A stretch of 64,000 nt of DNA, from positions 1,152,001 to 1,216,000 of the forward strand of contig OY760907.1 in the NCBI GenBank assembly GCA_963664195.1. Reading direction: 5' to 3'. The notes under the pieces were generated by a model. It was not told the DNA's origin. It ran no database searches and saw nothing but the letters and a program-made list of their open reading frames with translations. Positions within the stretch are counted from its first letter, which is position 1. Each line of letters starts with the position of its first letter. This document shows positions 27,944 to 39,173 of the stretch, piece after piece. Source of the stretch: an uncultured candidate division Zixibacteria bacterium. GTDB taxonomy: Bacteria > Zixibacteria > MSB-5A5 > GN15 > FEB-12. The translations under genes and the position numbers were made by a program.

Positions 27944-29210
27944 CCCGACGGTTTTTCTTATCGATGAGCAACCGATCAGCCGGACAGAGTTCGATTCTCT
28001 TCTCAGTCGATTCTCACCGTTGTTCGCACGACATCGTAGAATCCTCATACACACCGGCGCCCCCCTGGAGCTGTGCCTGGCGCTTGTTCTGTCCCGCGAT
28101 CTAAAACGCGAGCTGTATTTCTGCCATTCATACAGCTCCGACAAACAGGTGCAAACCTTGCACGACGCTCACGAAATCGACCTGCTGTTGCGCGACGGCT
28201 GGACGGAAGATCGGACACGATCTACAGCCGAGCACGAACCGTCAGCCGCAATAGACTCCGGTTGCCTGTACGTTTTCACCTCCGGTACCACCGGCGAGCC
28301 AAAAATCGCCCGACACCCCTGGTCCACAATACAGCATTCGGCGGCGTACGCCGGAGATCGATTCTCAGGATGCATATGGATGATGACCTACTCTCCTACC
28401 AGTTACGCTGGCCTCCAGGTTTTCTTCTCCGCCTACAACAACAGCGGCACCATCTATTACCCGCCGTCCGGTTTTGAACCGATTGCGCGTGGAATGTCTG
28501 CTCACAACATTGAAATCGTCAGCGGCACCCCCACATTCTGGCGCCTGCTGATCAACTCGTGGCCAGAAGATGCTGTCCGACCAAGACTCCGGCAGATTAC
28601 GCTGGGAGGTGAAGTCGTCGACCAGACCATTCTCGACAGCATCAAATCGTTCTTCTCACCTGAGAGAATCACCCATATCTACGCGTCAACCGAGGCCGGC
28701 ACGGCTGTGGTTGTGTCCGACGGTCAGGCCGGTTTTCCGCAGGAGTTTCTCGACCGCAACAAAGAAGTGCGACTGCGCATTGTCGAGGGCATTCTTCAGG
28801 TAAAGACTCCCGCACGCATGTCTGGATATGTAGGCAGGGAAGCGTCGGTAATCAACGACGGTTGGCTCATCACCGGTGACGCGGTTGACATACGCGACGG
28901 GCGGGTATACATCCTCGGACGCGAGGACGGGATGATAAATGTGGGAGGCCAGAAGGTTCTGCCCGAGGAAGTAGAAACAGCGCTCCAATCTCTCGACGAG
29001 ATTGTTCACTGTCGGGCATTCGCCAGACCTAATCCGATCACGGGGGCGGTCGTAGGTGCCGAGGTTGTCCTTGCCGAAGGCTGCACTTTCGACCCACGCG
29101 GCATCAAGCGACGTTTGCGCCCGCTCTTGGCCGATTATAAAATCCCGCGCAATCTTGTAGCAGTATCGCATATTGAGGCAACTCCACATGGAAAAACAAA
29201 TCGACAATAA
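27933..29210 (+). CDS. AMP-binding (adenylate-forming) acyl-ACP/CoA ligase
   Basis: Motifs FTSGTTGEPK, YASTE, TGD, GR...INVGGQKV.PEEVE and the C-terminal GK. Confidence 0.9.
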   Translation: MNSDPTVFLIDEQPISRTEFDSLLSRFSPLFARHRRILIHTGAPLELCLALVLSRDLKRELYFCHSYSSDKQVQTLHDAHEIDLLLRDGWTEDRTRSTAEHEPSAAIDSGCLYVFTSGTTGEPKIARHPWSTIQHSAAYAGDRFSGCIWMMTYSPTSYAGLQVFFSAYNNSGTIYYPPSGFEPIARGMSAHNIEIVSGTPTFWRLLINSWPEDAVRPRLRQITLGGEVVDQTILDSIKSFFSPERITHIYASTEAGTAVVVSDGQAGFPQEFLDRNKEVRLRIVEGILQVKTPARMSGYVGREASVINDGWLITGDAVDIRDGRVYILGREDGMINVGGQKVLPEEVETALQSLDEIVHCRAFARPNPITGAVVGAEVVLAEGCTFDPRGIKRRLRPLLADYKIPRNLVAVSHIEATPHGKTNRQ

Positions 29211-29940
29211 CGGCCGTCACATAATCGTTTCCGGCGGATCACGAGGGATGGGGCTGGAGTTCTGCCGGTCACTGCTTGATAACGGTTACAACGTCTCCAC
29301 ATTCAGCCGCAACCGCACAGACGGCGTTGACAAACTGGTTCGGCAATTCGGATCGGACCGGTTGCTGTTTGAAGAAGCCGACATTTCATCGACCGAATCC
29401 ACCAAAGCATTTGTCAGCAGCGCTATCGCCGCGTTCGGATCGATTTACGGACTTGTCAATAATGCAGCCGTAGCACGTGACGGCATTTTTGCCTCGCTCC
29501 CGGAAGTGGAAATCTCTCGCATGATCTCCGTCAATCTTGAGGGCACTCTCTTTCTGACACGACACTGCCTTCGCAATATGCTTACCGGACCAAAGGGAGG
29601 ACGGCTCGTCAACATCAGCTCGATAGTTGGCTCGCGTGGTTACAACGGATTGGCCGTCTATTCGGCGACCAAGGCCGCTCTCGACGGTTTCACTCGCAGC
29701 ATGTCACGCGAGTTAGGACGGAGACAGATTACCGTCAACTCCATCGCCCCGGGATATATGGAAACCGATATGTCAGCCGGACTCCGGGATGCAGGACTCG
29801 AGCAAATTGTACGCCGCACGCCCATGGGACGCCTGGCCGAGCCGAAGGACATAGCCCCGTTGCTGTTATTCTTGCTCTCCGACGGAGCAGCCTTCATAAC
29901 CGGACAGACGATCATTGTGGATGGCGGCATCACCGCCTAG
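29188..29940 (+). CDS. SDR oxidoreductase, FabG-like
   Basis: Motifs SGGSRGMG, NNAA, YSATK and TGQTIIVDGG. Confidence 0.92.
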   Translation: MEKQIDNNGRHIIVSGGSRGMGLEFCRSLLDNGYNVSTFSRNRTDGVDKLVRQFGSDRLLFEEADISSTESTKAFVSSAIAAFGSIYGLVNNAAVARDGIFASLPEVEISRMISVNLEGTLFLTRHCLRNMLTGPKGGRLVNISSIVGSRGYNGLAVYSATKAALDGFTRSMSRELGRRQITVNSIAPGYMETDMSAGLRDAGLEQIVRRTPMGRLAEPKDIAPLLLFLLSDGAAFITGQTIIVDGGITA

Positions 29941-29951
29941 GAGACGGGCTC

Positions 29952-30797
29952 ATGTCGATTTTTGTTTCCAAAGACAAACTCAGGGGTCAATTGACCGCCG
30001 TGGCGTCTGAATGCAAACCCGGGCCGGTAATTGTCCATTCCGACCTGCTCAAGGTTGGCATCATCGACAGAATGAAACTTAGAGAAAAGATATGCCGGGA
30101 TTACGAAGACCTGCTCCTGGACGTATTTGCAGGACGGGAACTGCTCATCCCTACCTTCAACTATGACTTCTGCCGAAACGGTGAGTACGATCTGGCGACA
30201 TCTCCGGGACAGGTCGGTGCATTTTCCGAATACATGACCAAACGTCACTCTCATCTCAGAACACGTACGCCCGTCTTCAACTTCTGCATCTTCAACAACC
30301 AGAGATTCAACCGCGACGAGGTAGTGAATCCTTTTGGCGAGGATTCCGCATTTGGGAAAGTTCGATCTCTGGGAGGCTCGGTCATTTTTCTCGGCGCCTC
30401 TTTTGACTCCAACACGTTTCTGCATTTTGTCGAAGAATCAGTACCGATCGGCTATCGATATCTCAAAAAGTTCAAGGGCTGTATCTCTGAGGACGGCAAA
30501 GACTCTCCCTGGCAAATCGACTACCGTGTGCGCCCCCTCGAAAGCGGCGCCGTTGATTACGACTGGGAGAGGATTCAGGCAAACTTGAGAGAAGAGGGGA
30601 TATTGAACGAAGCCCCGGCCGGCCATGGTCGCGTTCTCTGGTACAACTCTGGCGACCTTTTCGATTTCTGGATTGATAATATGCGTGCCGAACCGCTGTA
30701 TCTCCTCACCGACAACTCACGCCGAATAACTCGGGACCTCTACAAACGTCACGGCGAACCGCTCACCTTGGAAAAGGTCGAACAGCGGGGAGCGTGA
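29952..30797 (+). CDS. AAC(3)/YokD-fold acyltransferase
   Basis: Motifs 'VHSDL', 'PTFNY', 'G.FSE', 'FG.DS', 'T.LH..E' and 'YRY.K.F.G'. Confidence 0.85.
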   Translation: MSIFVSKDKLRGQLTAVASECKPGPVIVHSDLLKVGIIDRMKLREKICRDYEDLLLDVFAGRELLIPTFNYDFCRNGEYDLATSPGQVGAFSEYMTKRHSHLRTRTPVFNFCIFNNQRFNRDEVVNPFGEDSAFGKVRSLGGSVIFLGASFDSNTFLHFVEESVPIGYRYLKKFKGCISEDGKDSPWQIDYRVRPLESGAVDYDWERIQANLREEGILNEAPAGHGRVLWYNSGDLFDFWIDNMRAEPLYLLTDNSRRITRDLYKRHGEPLTLEKVEQRGA

Positions 30798-30909
30798 ACG
30801 GCGATTTGGTTGAAATCGGGAGCGTCAGGGGTGAAACCGACGGGAGGAAACGCCTGACGCTCACAATTCTTAATCGTCGTACGCGCGGCTGGCTGTGCCA
30901 CAAACGGCC

Positions 30910-31068
30910 CTACGTGCCCTTCTTCTCGCGCCCGGCTTCCCTCAAAGCCTTGCGGAGCAAGAACTCGATGTGCCCGTTCAGGCTCCGAAACTCATCGTCG
31001 GCCCAGAGCTGCAGACGGCGCAGCACCTCCGGGTCGACTCTGATCAAGAAAGGTTTCTTCTTGGCCAC
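30910..31068 (-). CDS. Small Arc/ribbon-helix-helix DNA-binding protein (52 aa; missed by the ORF track)
   Basis: Hand translation from GTG: MAKKKPFLIRVDPEVLRRLQLWADDEFRSLNGHIEFLLRKALREAGREKKGT. The 'WA.DE.RS.N' pattern is typical of RHH genes that follow SPFH genes. Confidence 0.85.
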   Translation of the reverse strand: MAKKKPFLIRVDPEVLRRLQLWADDEFRSLNGHIEFLLRKALREAGREKKGT

Positions 31069-31070
31069 GA

Positions 31071-31928
31071 CTACTGATACAGCGTGCCGGTATTAATCAC
31101 CGGCTGTGATGAAGTCTCACCGCACAGGACCACCAGCAGGTTGGACACCATCGCCGCCTTCCGTTCGTTGTCCAGTTCGATGATTTCCTTCTCCGACAGC
31201 GATGCGAGCGCCATCTCTACCATACCAACCGCCCCCTCGACAATTAACGTCCGGGCCGCTACAATTGCGCCTGCCTGCTGACGACGAAGCATCGCTTCAG
31301 CTATCTCCTGAGCGTATGCCAGATGGCTGATACGGGCCTCAATCACTTCGACTCCCGCCTTGTCCAGACGGTCGCGGGTCTCATTACGAAGCTGATCGGA
31401 TATTGCTATCGTGCTGCCACGGAGCGAGATTGTGTTTTCATCGTGGGTGTCGTACGGATGACAGGTTGCCATATTCCTGACCGCCGCCTCGCTCTGGATC
31501 TTGACGTACTCCTCGTAGTCGTCGACCTCAAAGCAAGCCTCCGCCGTGTCGACCACTTTCCAGACAACGATTGCCGCTATCTCAATCGGGTTGCCATCGA
31601 TATCGTTGACTTTCATACGTCCGGTTTCAAAATTACGAACACGCTGCGACACACGTCGCTTCATATAGAGCGGGTTAGCCCACTGAAGCCCGGGAGTCTT
31701 GACCGTACCAACATATTTGCCAAACAACTGGAGCACTTTTGCCTCGTTCGGGTTGACCAAAAACAGCCCGAAGAATAGAAAGATGTTCACCAGAAGCCAG
31801 ACGGCGGCCACGATCTTGACCACCGGCGGCAAGAGGATGATTGCTGCAATTCCGGCCAGAAACAGGATGAATAGAACCGTCAGGTATCCCCATCCCGAAG
31901 CTACTTTGCGTTCACGTTCCTTAATCAT
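31071..31928 (-). CDS. SPFH/band-7 domain membrane protein
   Basis: Two TMs, 'KVND.DGNPIEI', 'LAYA.EIA.AML.RQQA' and 'MVSNLLVVLC'. Confidence 0.92.
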   Translation of the reverse strand: MIKERERKVASGWGYLTVLFILFLAGIAAIILLPPVVKIVAAVWLLVNIFLFFGLFLVNPNEAKVLQLFGKYVGTVKTPGLQWANPLYMKRRVSQRVRNFETGRMKVNDIDGNPIEIAAIVVWKVVDTAEACFEVDDYEEYVKIQSEAAVRNMATCHPYDTHDENTISLRGSTIAISDQLRNETRDRLDKAGVEVIEARISHLAYAQEIAEAMLRRQQAGAIVAARTLIVEGAVGMVEMALASLSEKEIIELDNERKAAMVSNLLVVLCGETSSQPVINTGTLYQ

Positions 31929-31946
31929 GGACTTCTCCTTTCAGAA

Positions 31947-31967
31947 GTGATATCGTATTGATATTAC
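31947..31967. promoter_or_regulatory. Palindromic operator GTGATATC-N5-GATATTAC upstream of the SPFH-RHH operon
   Basis: 7/8 inverted repeat just upstream of the SD; probable autoregulatory site. Confidence 0.55.
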
Positions 31968-32099
31968 GACGATAGCACCTGGAAGATTCGAAGGAAAGTG
32001 AAAAAAAGTGATAAAACAGTGATTAATAGAGGATTAGCGGAGTGTTTTGAACCGGAGACCCCAAGATCAGTCGAAAATGCGAAGGTCCTCCTGGCGCGC

Positions 32100-33797
32100 T
32101 CACTCTACCTTGACGCCCGTGACGCCCTGGGAGTCGACACGCAGAACGCAGCCGGTAACTCTTGAGGCTGAATCAATCAGGAACTCAAGCGTCATGTCCG
32201 AATCCGGTTGATAGAAAGCACGGTCGCTGTAGGGTACAATCCTCACCATACCCGTGCCGGCGGCCTCGGCAAACATGGCCCCCTCCGCACACACGATTAC
32301 CAATTCAATGGGACTGCCGGGAGCGGTCTGCGTCTCCAGATGATACATGCCAGAGAAGGCTTCGCACATCGCGTCGGTGAGAGGAACCTGAGTGCTTGCC
32401 TGCGAATACGACGTTGCCCCGTCGTCCTTCAATCGGGAACCGGTGTACTGCATCTCCTCGTCGATGAAAGTCAACCCCGCCACCCGTCCGGTACTGTCCC
32501 GCGTGAACTCGTAGATAACGCTGTTATCGCGTTGCAGGAAAAACCGATCCACGGCCTCAGGTAACAACACCTGCAACTCGCGTCCGGGGCTGCGAAGTTT
32601 CAGCGACTTTTCGCCTGCCCGCACAAGAAAGTGCGCGCCCGGTTCAAACAGGTAAACGCCCTCGTATTCCGCGAGAAGCGTACTGTCGATCAGCGACGGT
32701 ATCCTGGTGGTCGGGAAGTTGTAAGGCGCGCCATACATCACGATCGCCGCCAATCCTCGCGCGATCTTTCCCACCGGCGCTCGATCCTCGTTGCTGAGCA
32801 CCGCGACACAGAGACCCTCGTCGAGCCAGCGATCAAACGTGCAATTGAACCCGTCGAGAAAACCGCCGTGGTATGCCCGACGCGTGCCATGGCGCTCCTC
32901 GATCACCCAGCCATAACCGTAGTTGCCAAAATTGGGGGTAAACATGGCAGCGCGGGATTGATCGTACAGCAAATCGTCATCGCCCAGTTCCCGATCCCAT
33001 TTCAGCAAGTCGTTGGTGGTCGAGTAGAGCGCACCGGCGGTATGCAGAATAGAGAAACTCATCGGCAGGGCGTCGGTGGGACCGCGCTCGATATCAAGCG
33101 TATAGCCATCGGCGCGGTCAGGAAGTCCCGCCTCGCGACGCGCATACCCGGTATTAATCATTCTTGCTGGTTTCAGGATATTCTTATGTAGAAAGGCCTC
33201 AAACGACTGTCCGGAAACAGCCTCGACGATAGCCCCCAACAATATGTAATTCGAGTTACTATACGCAAATGCCGTTCCCGGTTCAAACAACAGCGGACGG
33301 TCTTTAAACAGGTCGATCAATGACGCCGGCGATATCCAGTGCGTGCGACTGATTATCACCTGCGGATCATCGGTATAGTTCGGAATGCCGGAGGTATGAC
33401 TGAGCAGGTTATGCACGGTCACGCGGTCACCGGTTTCGGCGGGATAATCTGGGAGGTACTTCGTTATGGGGGCTTGGAGATCGAGGCGTCCTTTGTCCTG
33501 AAGCATGAGTACCGCGGAGGCAGTGAACTGCTTGGTAATTGAGCCGATGAAGAATTTCGTGTCGGGCGTGTTTGGTTCCTCGAAGTCCCGGTTGGCATAC
33601 CCATACCCCTTGTTGAGCAATGCCTTGCCGTCTTTGGCCACCAGCACCGCCCCCTGGAACTGCCAGTGTTTTTCCGCAGCATCAAGATAATCCGCAAGTT
33701 TATCCTCGACACCTGCCGACACTTCAGCACACTCAAACAGACAGGCGGTAGTAATGAGTAGCCACAGACAGATTGCTTTCAACGACACAAACAACAT
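32100..33797 (-). CDS. Serine hydrolase, beta-lactamase/class C PBP family with C-terminal DUF3471-like domains
   Basis: Motifs SITK (SxxK), LLSHTSG, YSN and HGG; signal peptide. Confidence 0.88.
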   Translation of the reverse strand: MLFVSLKAICLWLLITTACLFECAEVSAGVEDKLADYLDAAEKHWQFQGAVLVAKDGKALLNKGYGYANRDFEEPNTPDTKFFIGSITKQFTASAVLMLQDKGRLDLQAPITKYLPDYPAETGDRVTVHNLLSHTSGIPNYTDDPQVIISRTHWISPASLIDLFKDRPLLFEPGTAFAYSNSNYILLGAIVEAVSGQSFEAFLHKNILKPARMINTGYARREAGLPDRADGYTLDIERGPTDALPMSFSILHTAGALYSTTNDLLKWDRELGDDDLLYDQSRAAMFTPNFGNYGYGWVIEERHGTRRAYHGGFLDGFNCTFDRWLDEGLCVAVLSNEDRAPVGKIARGLAAIVMYGAPYNFPTTRIPSLIDSTLLAEYEGVYLFEPGAHFLVRAGEKSLKLRSPGRELQVLLPEAVDRFFLQRDNSVIYEFTRDSTGRVAGLTFIDEEMQYTGSRLKDDGATSYSQASTQVPLTDAMCEAFSGMYHLETQTAPGSPIELVIVCAEGAMFAEAAGTGMVRIVPYSDRAFYQPDSDMTLEFLIDSASRVTGCVLRVDSQGVTGVKVE

Positions 33798-34025
33798 GCA
33801 TACCGGAGTTTCGGGTTAATCTAATCGCGCAACTTGTACAACATAGCTGGATTGGATGACGATGCAATCTAAAGAGTGGAGCGAAACTCTCGAATGCGGA
33901 GAGTCGAGACTTCGTCGATCTTCGCGAGCCACCCTCAAGGTTTCCTTGAGGGTGCGCCTTCGTTCTTAGTGATTTACTCTCCCGCCAACCCCGTCACAAG
34001 ACCCAGGTTAAATCTTAGCCGATGG

Positions 34026-35249
34026 TTAGAGTCCCGATTCGTGTGCCTCGACCATCTCCCGCAACTCCGCTATCCTCTCGGTGAACACCGGTCCCATTTC
34101 GGTTGCGTTTTCGAAACGCTCCGCCCAATCAAGAGCGGTTGCGGCGTCATCGAAGCGTTCCGCTTTGATCAGTTCCTCCGCGTAGAATACGGCCGCTTCC
34201 GATACGTTTGGCGCAAGCCTCTTAGTGTACTTGATCCTCACCGGACTGCGGTCCCTATCGCTTACCCACGGCCCTTCGAAGGATTCAATATCGGCTCCTC
34301 CGATTGACTCACGTATCGCCGAAGTATCCCGCGCGTTCAAGGGCGGGGTGGCGTGCAGCAGGAAGTACGGTCCGCAATACTGCGCCCGATCGGACCAGTC
34401 TGAGTAGAAGGCGGGATCGACAGTCACCGCCGCAACCAGCGGTCGTCCGAAAGAATTCGTTTTAACCAACGACATCCAGTTGCGCAGAACCAATCGGGGA
34501 ATCTCCTGTGCGGCAGGGTTGACCGCGATCACCGAGTCAAGTTCGGGATCGTCAAACTCAAACGGCAGACCATGCTCGTTCCTGAGGAAGTCTCGATACT
34601 CCTCGATCACCAGCATTCCGATCTCCACGACGAGCACGTCGGGGCGAAACCCCTCCGCTTCCTGCACCGCCCTGAGCGGATACGTGTCCATATCGCCGTA
34701 AGTAATGAGCAATCCGTCCTCGGGCACTGTCCGCAGCAACCAGCGTCCAAACGAAAGCGCCGCCGGGGACAGGAATTCGGTTTCGTAGATATTCTGCATG
34801 GCGAGACTCTGCATCTCCGGCTCATCTCGCAGGATCGTTTCGCTCCAGAGACTTAGCCACGCGTTGCCATCGGTGGAATCACACATGACCGCCTGATGAA
34901 GCAACAGCCAGATGCTGTCCGTTTCGGAGCGGGGGGCCTCGAGCGGTTCGCGAAGGACTTCCGCAAGCACGACCAGCGCAAAACTGTTGCAGGCTTCTAC
35001 GTCCAGACTCATCTCCGCGGCTTTGACCGCTTCGTCCCGCATCCCCAGGCGACGGTAGGTCTCGGCGAGGTAGGCGTACGCCTCGGCGTTGTCATCAGAC
35101 TCGGCGACCGACGCTTCGAAAAGCGGTCGTGCGTCTTCGAGCTTGTAATCGTTGTAGAATGAAAGCGCCTGATCGAATTTGATCTGCCCCTGGTCGGCAC
35201 AACCGACAAGCATGAAAAGGATAGTTGCGAGAATGAGCCTGGTGATCAC
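34026..35249 (-). CDS. TPR-containing lipoprotein
   Basis: GTG start after GGAGG; lipobox LVGC; TPR-like helices; 'YGDMDTYPL'. Confidence 0.65.
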   Translation of the reverse strand: MITRLILATILFMLVGCADQGQIKFDQALSFYNDYKLEDARPLFEASVAESDDNAEAYAYLAETYRRLGMRDEAVKAAEMSLDVEACNSFALVVLAEVLREPLEAPRSETDSIWLLLHQAVMCDSTDGNAWLSLWSETILRDEPEMQSLAMQNIYETEFLSPAALSFGRWLLRTVPEDGLLITYGDMDTYPLRAVQEAEGFRPDVLVVEIGMLVIEEYRDFLRNEHGLPFEFDDPELDSVIAVNPAAQEIPRLVLRNWMSLVKTNSFGRPLVAAVTVDPAFYSDWSDRAQYCGPYFLLHATPPLNARDTSAIRESIGGADIESFEGPWVSDRDRSPVRIKYTKRLAPNVSEAAVFYAEELIKAERFDDAATALDWAERFENATEMGPVFTERIAELREMVEAHESGL

Positions 35250-35391
35250 AAACAGAAACCTCCGAATATGGAACGATAAACCTGCGAATACAGCATATAC
35301 GGAATCTGTACTACGAAGTTGTGGGCGGCAGATGACAATCTGCCCCAGCCTCACGTTCTACAGCACGGCCTCTTGTCGAAGTATCAGTTCG

Positions 35392-37305
35392 TCAAGCCGG
35401 GCGAGAGATCGGCAGGTCTCCGAGATTCTGGGCCGCGTCTGGCTGGAGCTTCTGCCCCCGCTTGCGCTGGTCGGAATCCAGAATCGCCTTGCGCATCCGA
35501 ATCGCTTTCGGAGTCACTTCGACCAGTTCGTCGGCGGCAATCCACTCCATCGCCTGCTCAAGAGTCATCTTCCGGGGCACCGCGAGCGTGACACCGATAT
35601 CTTTGGTCGAAGACCGATGGTTGGTCAGATGCTTGCGTTTGGTCGGGTTGCACGGTAGGTCTTTCGGACGCGAATTTTCGCCGACAATCTGTCCGCCGTA
35701 CACGCGTTCGGTCGGGTCGACAAAAATGACTGACCGCTCCTGCAGGCCTTCGATTGCGTAGGCCGTCGCCGGGCCGGTGTCCATGCTGATGACAGATCCT
35801 CGGTTGCGCTTGGCAACCTCTCCCCGCCAGGAGCCGTAGCCGATGAAGCGCGAGGACATGATTCCCAGACCGCGCGTGTCGGTAAGGAATTCCGAACGAT
35901 ACCCGATCAGACCGCGGGTAGGAATCTCAAACTCAATCCTGATCACGTTGGTGCCGGCGTTTTCGATTGTAAGCAGTTCGCCCTTTCTTGTCGCCAGTTT
36001 TTCGATAATGATCCCCTGGTAATCCTCGGGGACGTCGATAATCAACTGCTCGATCGGCTCAAGCGTTTTGCCGTTTTCGTCTTCACGAGTAATGACCTCG
36101 GGGCGGGAGATGCAAAATTCCAGACCTTCGCGACGCATCTCTTCGATCAATATGGCCAAATGAAGCTCACCGCGACCGGAGACTTTGACGCCATCGGAGC
36201 GACCGAGGTCTTCCATCCGCATGGCGACGTTGGTTCGCATCTCACGGCGGAGCCGGTCTTTCAACTGACGAAGCTGGATCGCGGTGCCGTCCTGTCCGGA
36301 GAACGGGCCGGTGTTGACGAGGAAGAACATCGACATGGTCGGCTCTTCGATCTCCAACGGCTTAAGGCCCTCGGTGGGATCCTCTTCTGCCGAGAACGTA
36401 TCCCCGATGCCGATTTCACGCGGTCCGGCGAACCAGACGATATCACCGGCGCTGACCTCTTCTGTTTCAGCCCTCTTGAGTCCGCGCGTCACCCAGAGAT
36501 GTACGCATTTCTCCCTCGACATGCCGGTCGGTTCCCAACCGGCACTCTGGTCCGAGTCGTCGTTCAATTGTGTGACAATTCGAGAGAATTCGTCCCCCTT
36601 CTTCAGAGTGCCGCTCAGGACCCGACCGCAACCGATCTGACCGATATAGTCGCTCCACGCGAGCGTGCTTACCTGCATCAGAAACGGACCGTCCTGGTCG
36701 ACCTGCGGCGGGGGAACTTCCTCAATCACCGTGTCAAGCAACGCGTCCATGCCTTCGTGCTTTTCCTTATCGAGATCTCGAACGAACCAACCGTCGAGGC
36801 CGGAGCCGTACAGCACCGGGAACTGCGCCTGCTCCTCGTTGGCACCCAAATCAATAAACAGATCAAACGTTTTGTTCAGAGCGTAATCGGGACGGGCGTT
36901 GGGGCGGTCTACCTTATTGATAATGACAATCGGGCGAAGGCCGAGTTTCAGCGCACGCATCAGCACGTATCGCGTCTGCGGCATGGGGCCTTCGTTGGCG
37001 TCGACCAGAAGCAGCACCGAGTCGACCATCGACAGCACACGCTCGACCTCGCCGGAGAAATCCGCATGGCCGGGGGTATCGATGATATTGATCAGATGGT
37101 CTTTCCAAGTGACCGTGCACTGCTTGGAGCGGATCGTAATTCCCCGTTCCCGTTCGAGATCGTTGTTATCCATGAGGCGTTCTGCCACCTGCTCGTTATC
37201 GCGGAATAACCGGGCAGCGCGAAACACGGAATCGATGAGAGTTGTTTTTCCGTGGTCGATATGGGCGATAATCGCCAGGTTGCGAATGCGATCTGCAGGT
37301 GTCAT
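35392..37305 (-). CDS. typA: Translational GTPase TypA/BipA
   Basis: Motifs IAHIDHGKTT, ERERGITI, DTPGHADF, NKVD, GRGELHL and PTRGLIGYR. Start set at MTPADRIRN. Confidence 0.96.
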   Translation of the reverse strand: MTPADRIRNLAIIAHIDHGKTTLIDSVFRAARLFRDNEQVAERLMDNNDLERERGITIRSKQCTVTWKDHLINIIDTPGHADFSGEVERVLSMVDSVLLLVDANEGPMPQTRYVLMRALKLGLRPIVIINKVDRPNARPDYALNKTFDLFIDLGANEEQAQFPVLYGSGLDGWFVRDLDKEKHEGMDALLDTVIEEVPPPQVDQDGPFLMQVSTLAWSDYIGQIGCGRVLSGTLKKGDEFSRIVTQLNDDSDQSAGWEPTGMSREKCVHLWVTRGLKRAETEEVSAGDIVWFAGPREIGIGDTFSAEEDPTEGLKPLEIEEPTMSMFFLVNTGPFSGQDGTAIQLRQLKDRLRREMRTNVAMRMEDLGRSDGVKVSGRGELHLAILIEEMRREGLEFCISRPEVITREDENGKTLEPIEQLIIDVPEDYQGIIIEKLATRKGELLTIENAGTNVIRIEFEIPTRGLIGYRSEFLTDTRGLGIMSSRFIGYGSWRGEVAKRNRGSVISMDTGPATAYAIEGLQERSVIFVDPTERVYGGQIVGENSRPKDLPCNPTKRKHLTNHRSSTKDIGVTLAVPRKMTLEQAMEWIAADELVEVTPKAIRMRKAILDSDQRKRGQKLQPDAAQNLGDLPISRPA

Positions 37306-37757
37306 TTGGCGAACAAACCTCTCATGGCGCGGACATCTTTCCGCGTCTTTAACGTTACTGACCAAACCTTTTTCAGAGGGAAGATCAGGCAAAAGGAAGC
37401 CCGGTTCGGCCAGGTGCCGTCCGGGCATTCTCAAACGGGCCAAAGTATACACGAAAAGTTCGATTTCTCCAAGGGGTTTCTTGTGGCAAAGGCACCGGAA
37501 ATCGCAGGAAAGAACGTCGACGGCTCCAATCTGCCGAATAATCAGGGCATATCTCTCGACTTCAGTGTTTTTCCAACACCTGAGACAGCTATTAATCCCG
37601 GCTCTAGGTTCGATCAAGGCAATTATACGTAGCCGGATGAGAGGTTGAGGAGCTATAATAGATAACTGAAGCTGACTGCCGGAGAAGATCGAAGTGTTAC
37701 AGGCAGGAAGCTAAACGCTATTTCGTAGGTAAACGACTCGGACTACATGATAGAAAT

Positions 37758-38915
<1,158 letters not shown>

Positions 38916-39173
38916 GATTCGTCGAAACCAACACTACCATGTGGCCCTGCGGCTTCGACAGTTAAATGTCAGTTTTGTGGGTCGAAAATTCCCGCGGGTT
39001 CGACAATCCAATATCAACACCGCGGAGGTCCTGACCTACATCTACCACTGTCAGGACAAGTGCGGTTCGTCGGGGGCGCATCAACATCACCAGCAAGTCC
39101 GTATCGAATATATTCGTGTGATTTGACCCCAAAATCAGGTATATTTTAGCAGTAACTGGTTTTCGAGAGAATC

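Noticed and set aside
29952..30797. Aminoglycoside resistance gene
   Set aside because: The fold is AAC(3)-like but the gene sits in an ACP biosynthetic operon with no mobile context.
30895..31077. 60-aa plus-strand ORF
   Set aside because: Antisense to the better-supported RHH gene.
32100..33797. True beta-lactamase
   Set aside because: The motifs are shared by the broad serine hydrolase/peptidase family, and the C-terminal domains suggest a peptidase.
37306..37617. 104-aa N-terminal extension of TypA
   Set aside because: TypA homology begins at 'IRNLAIIAH'; the extension is probably just open frame from an alternative start.
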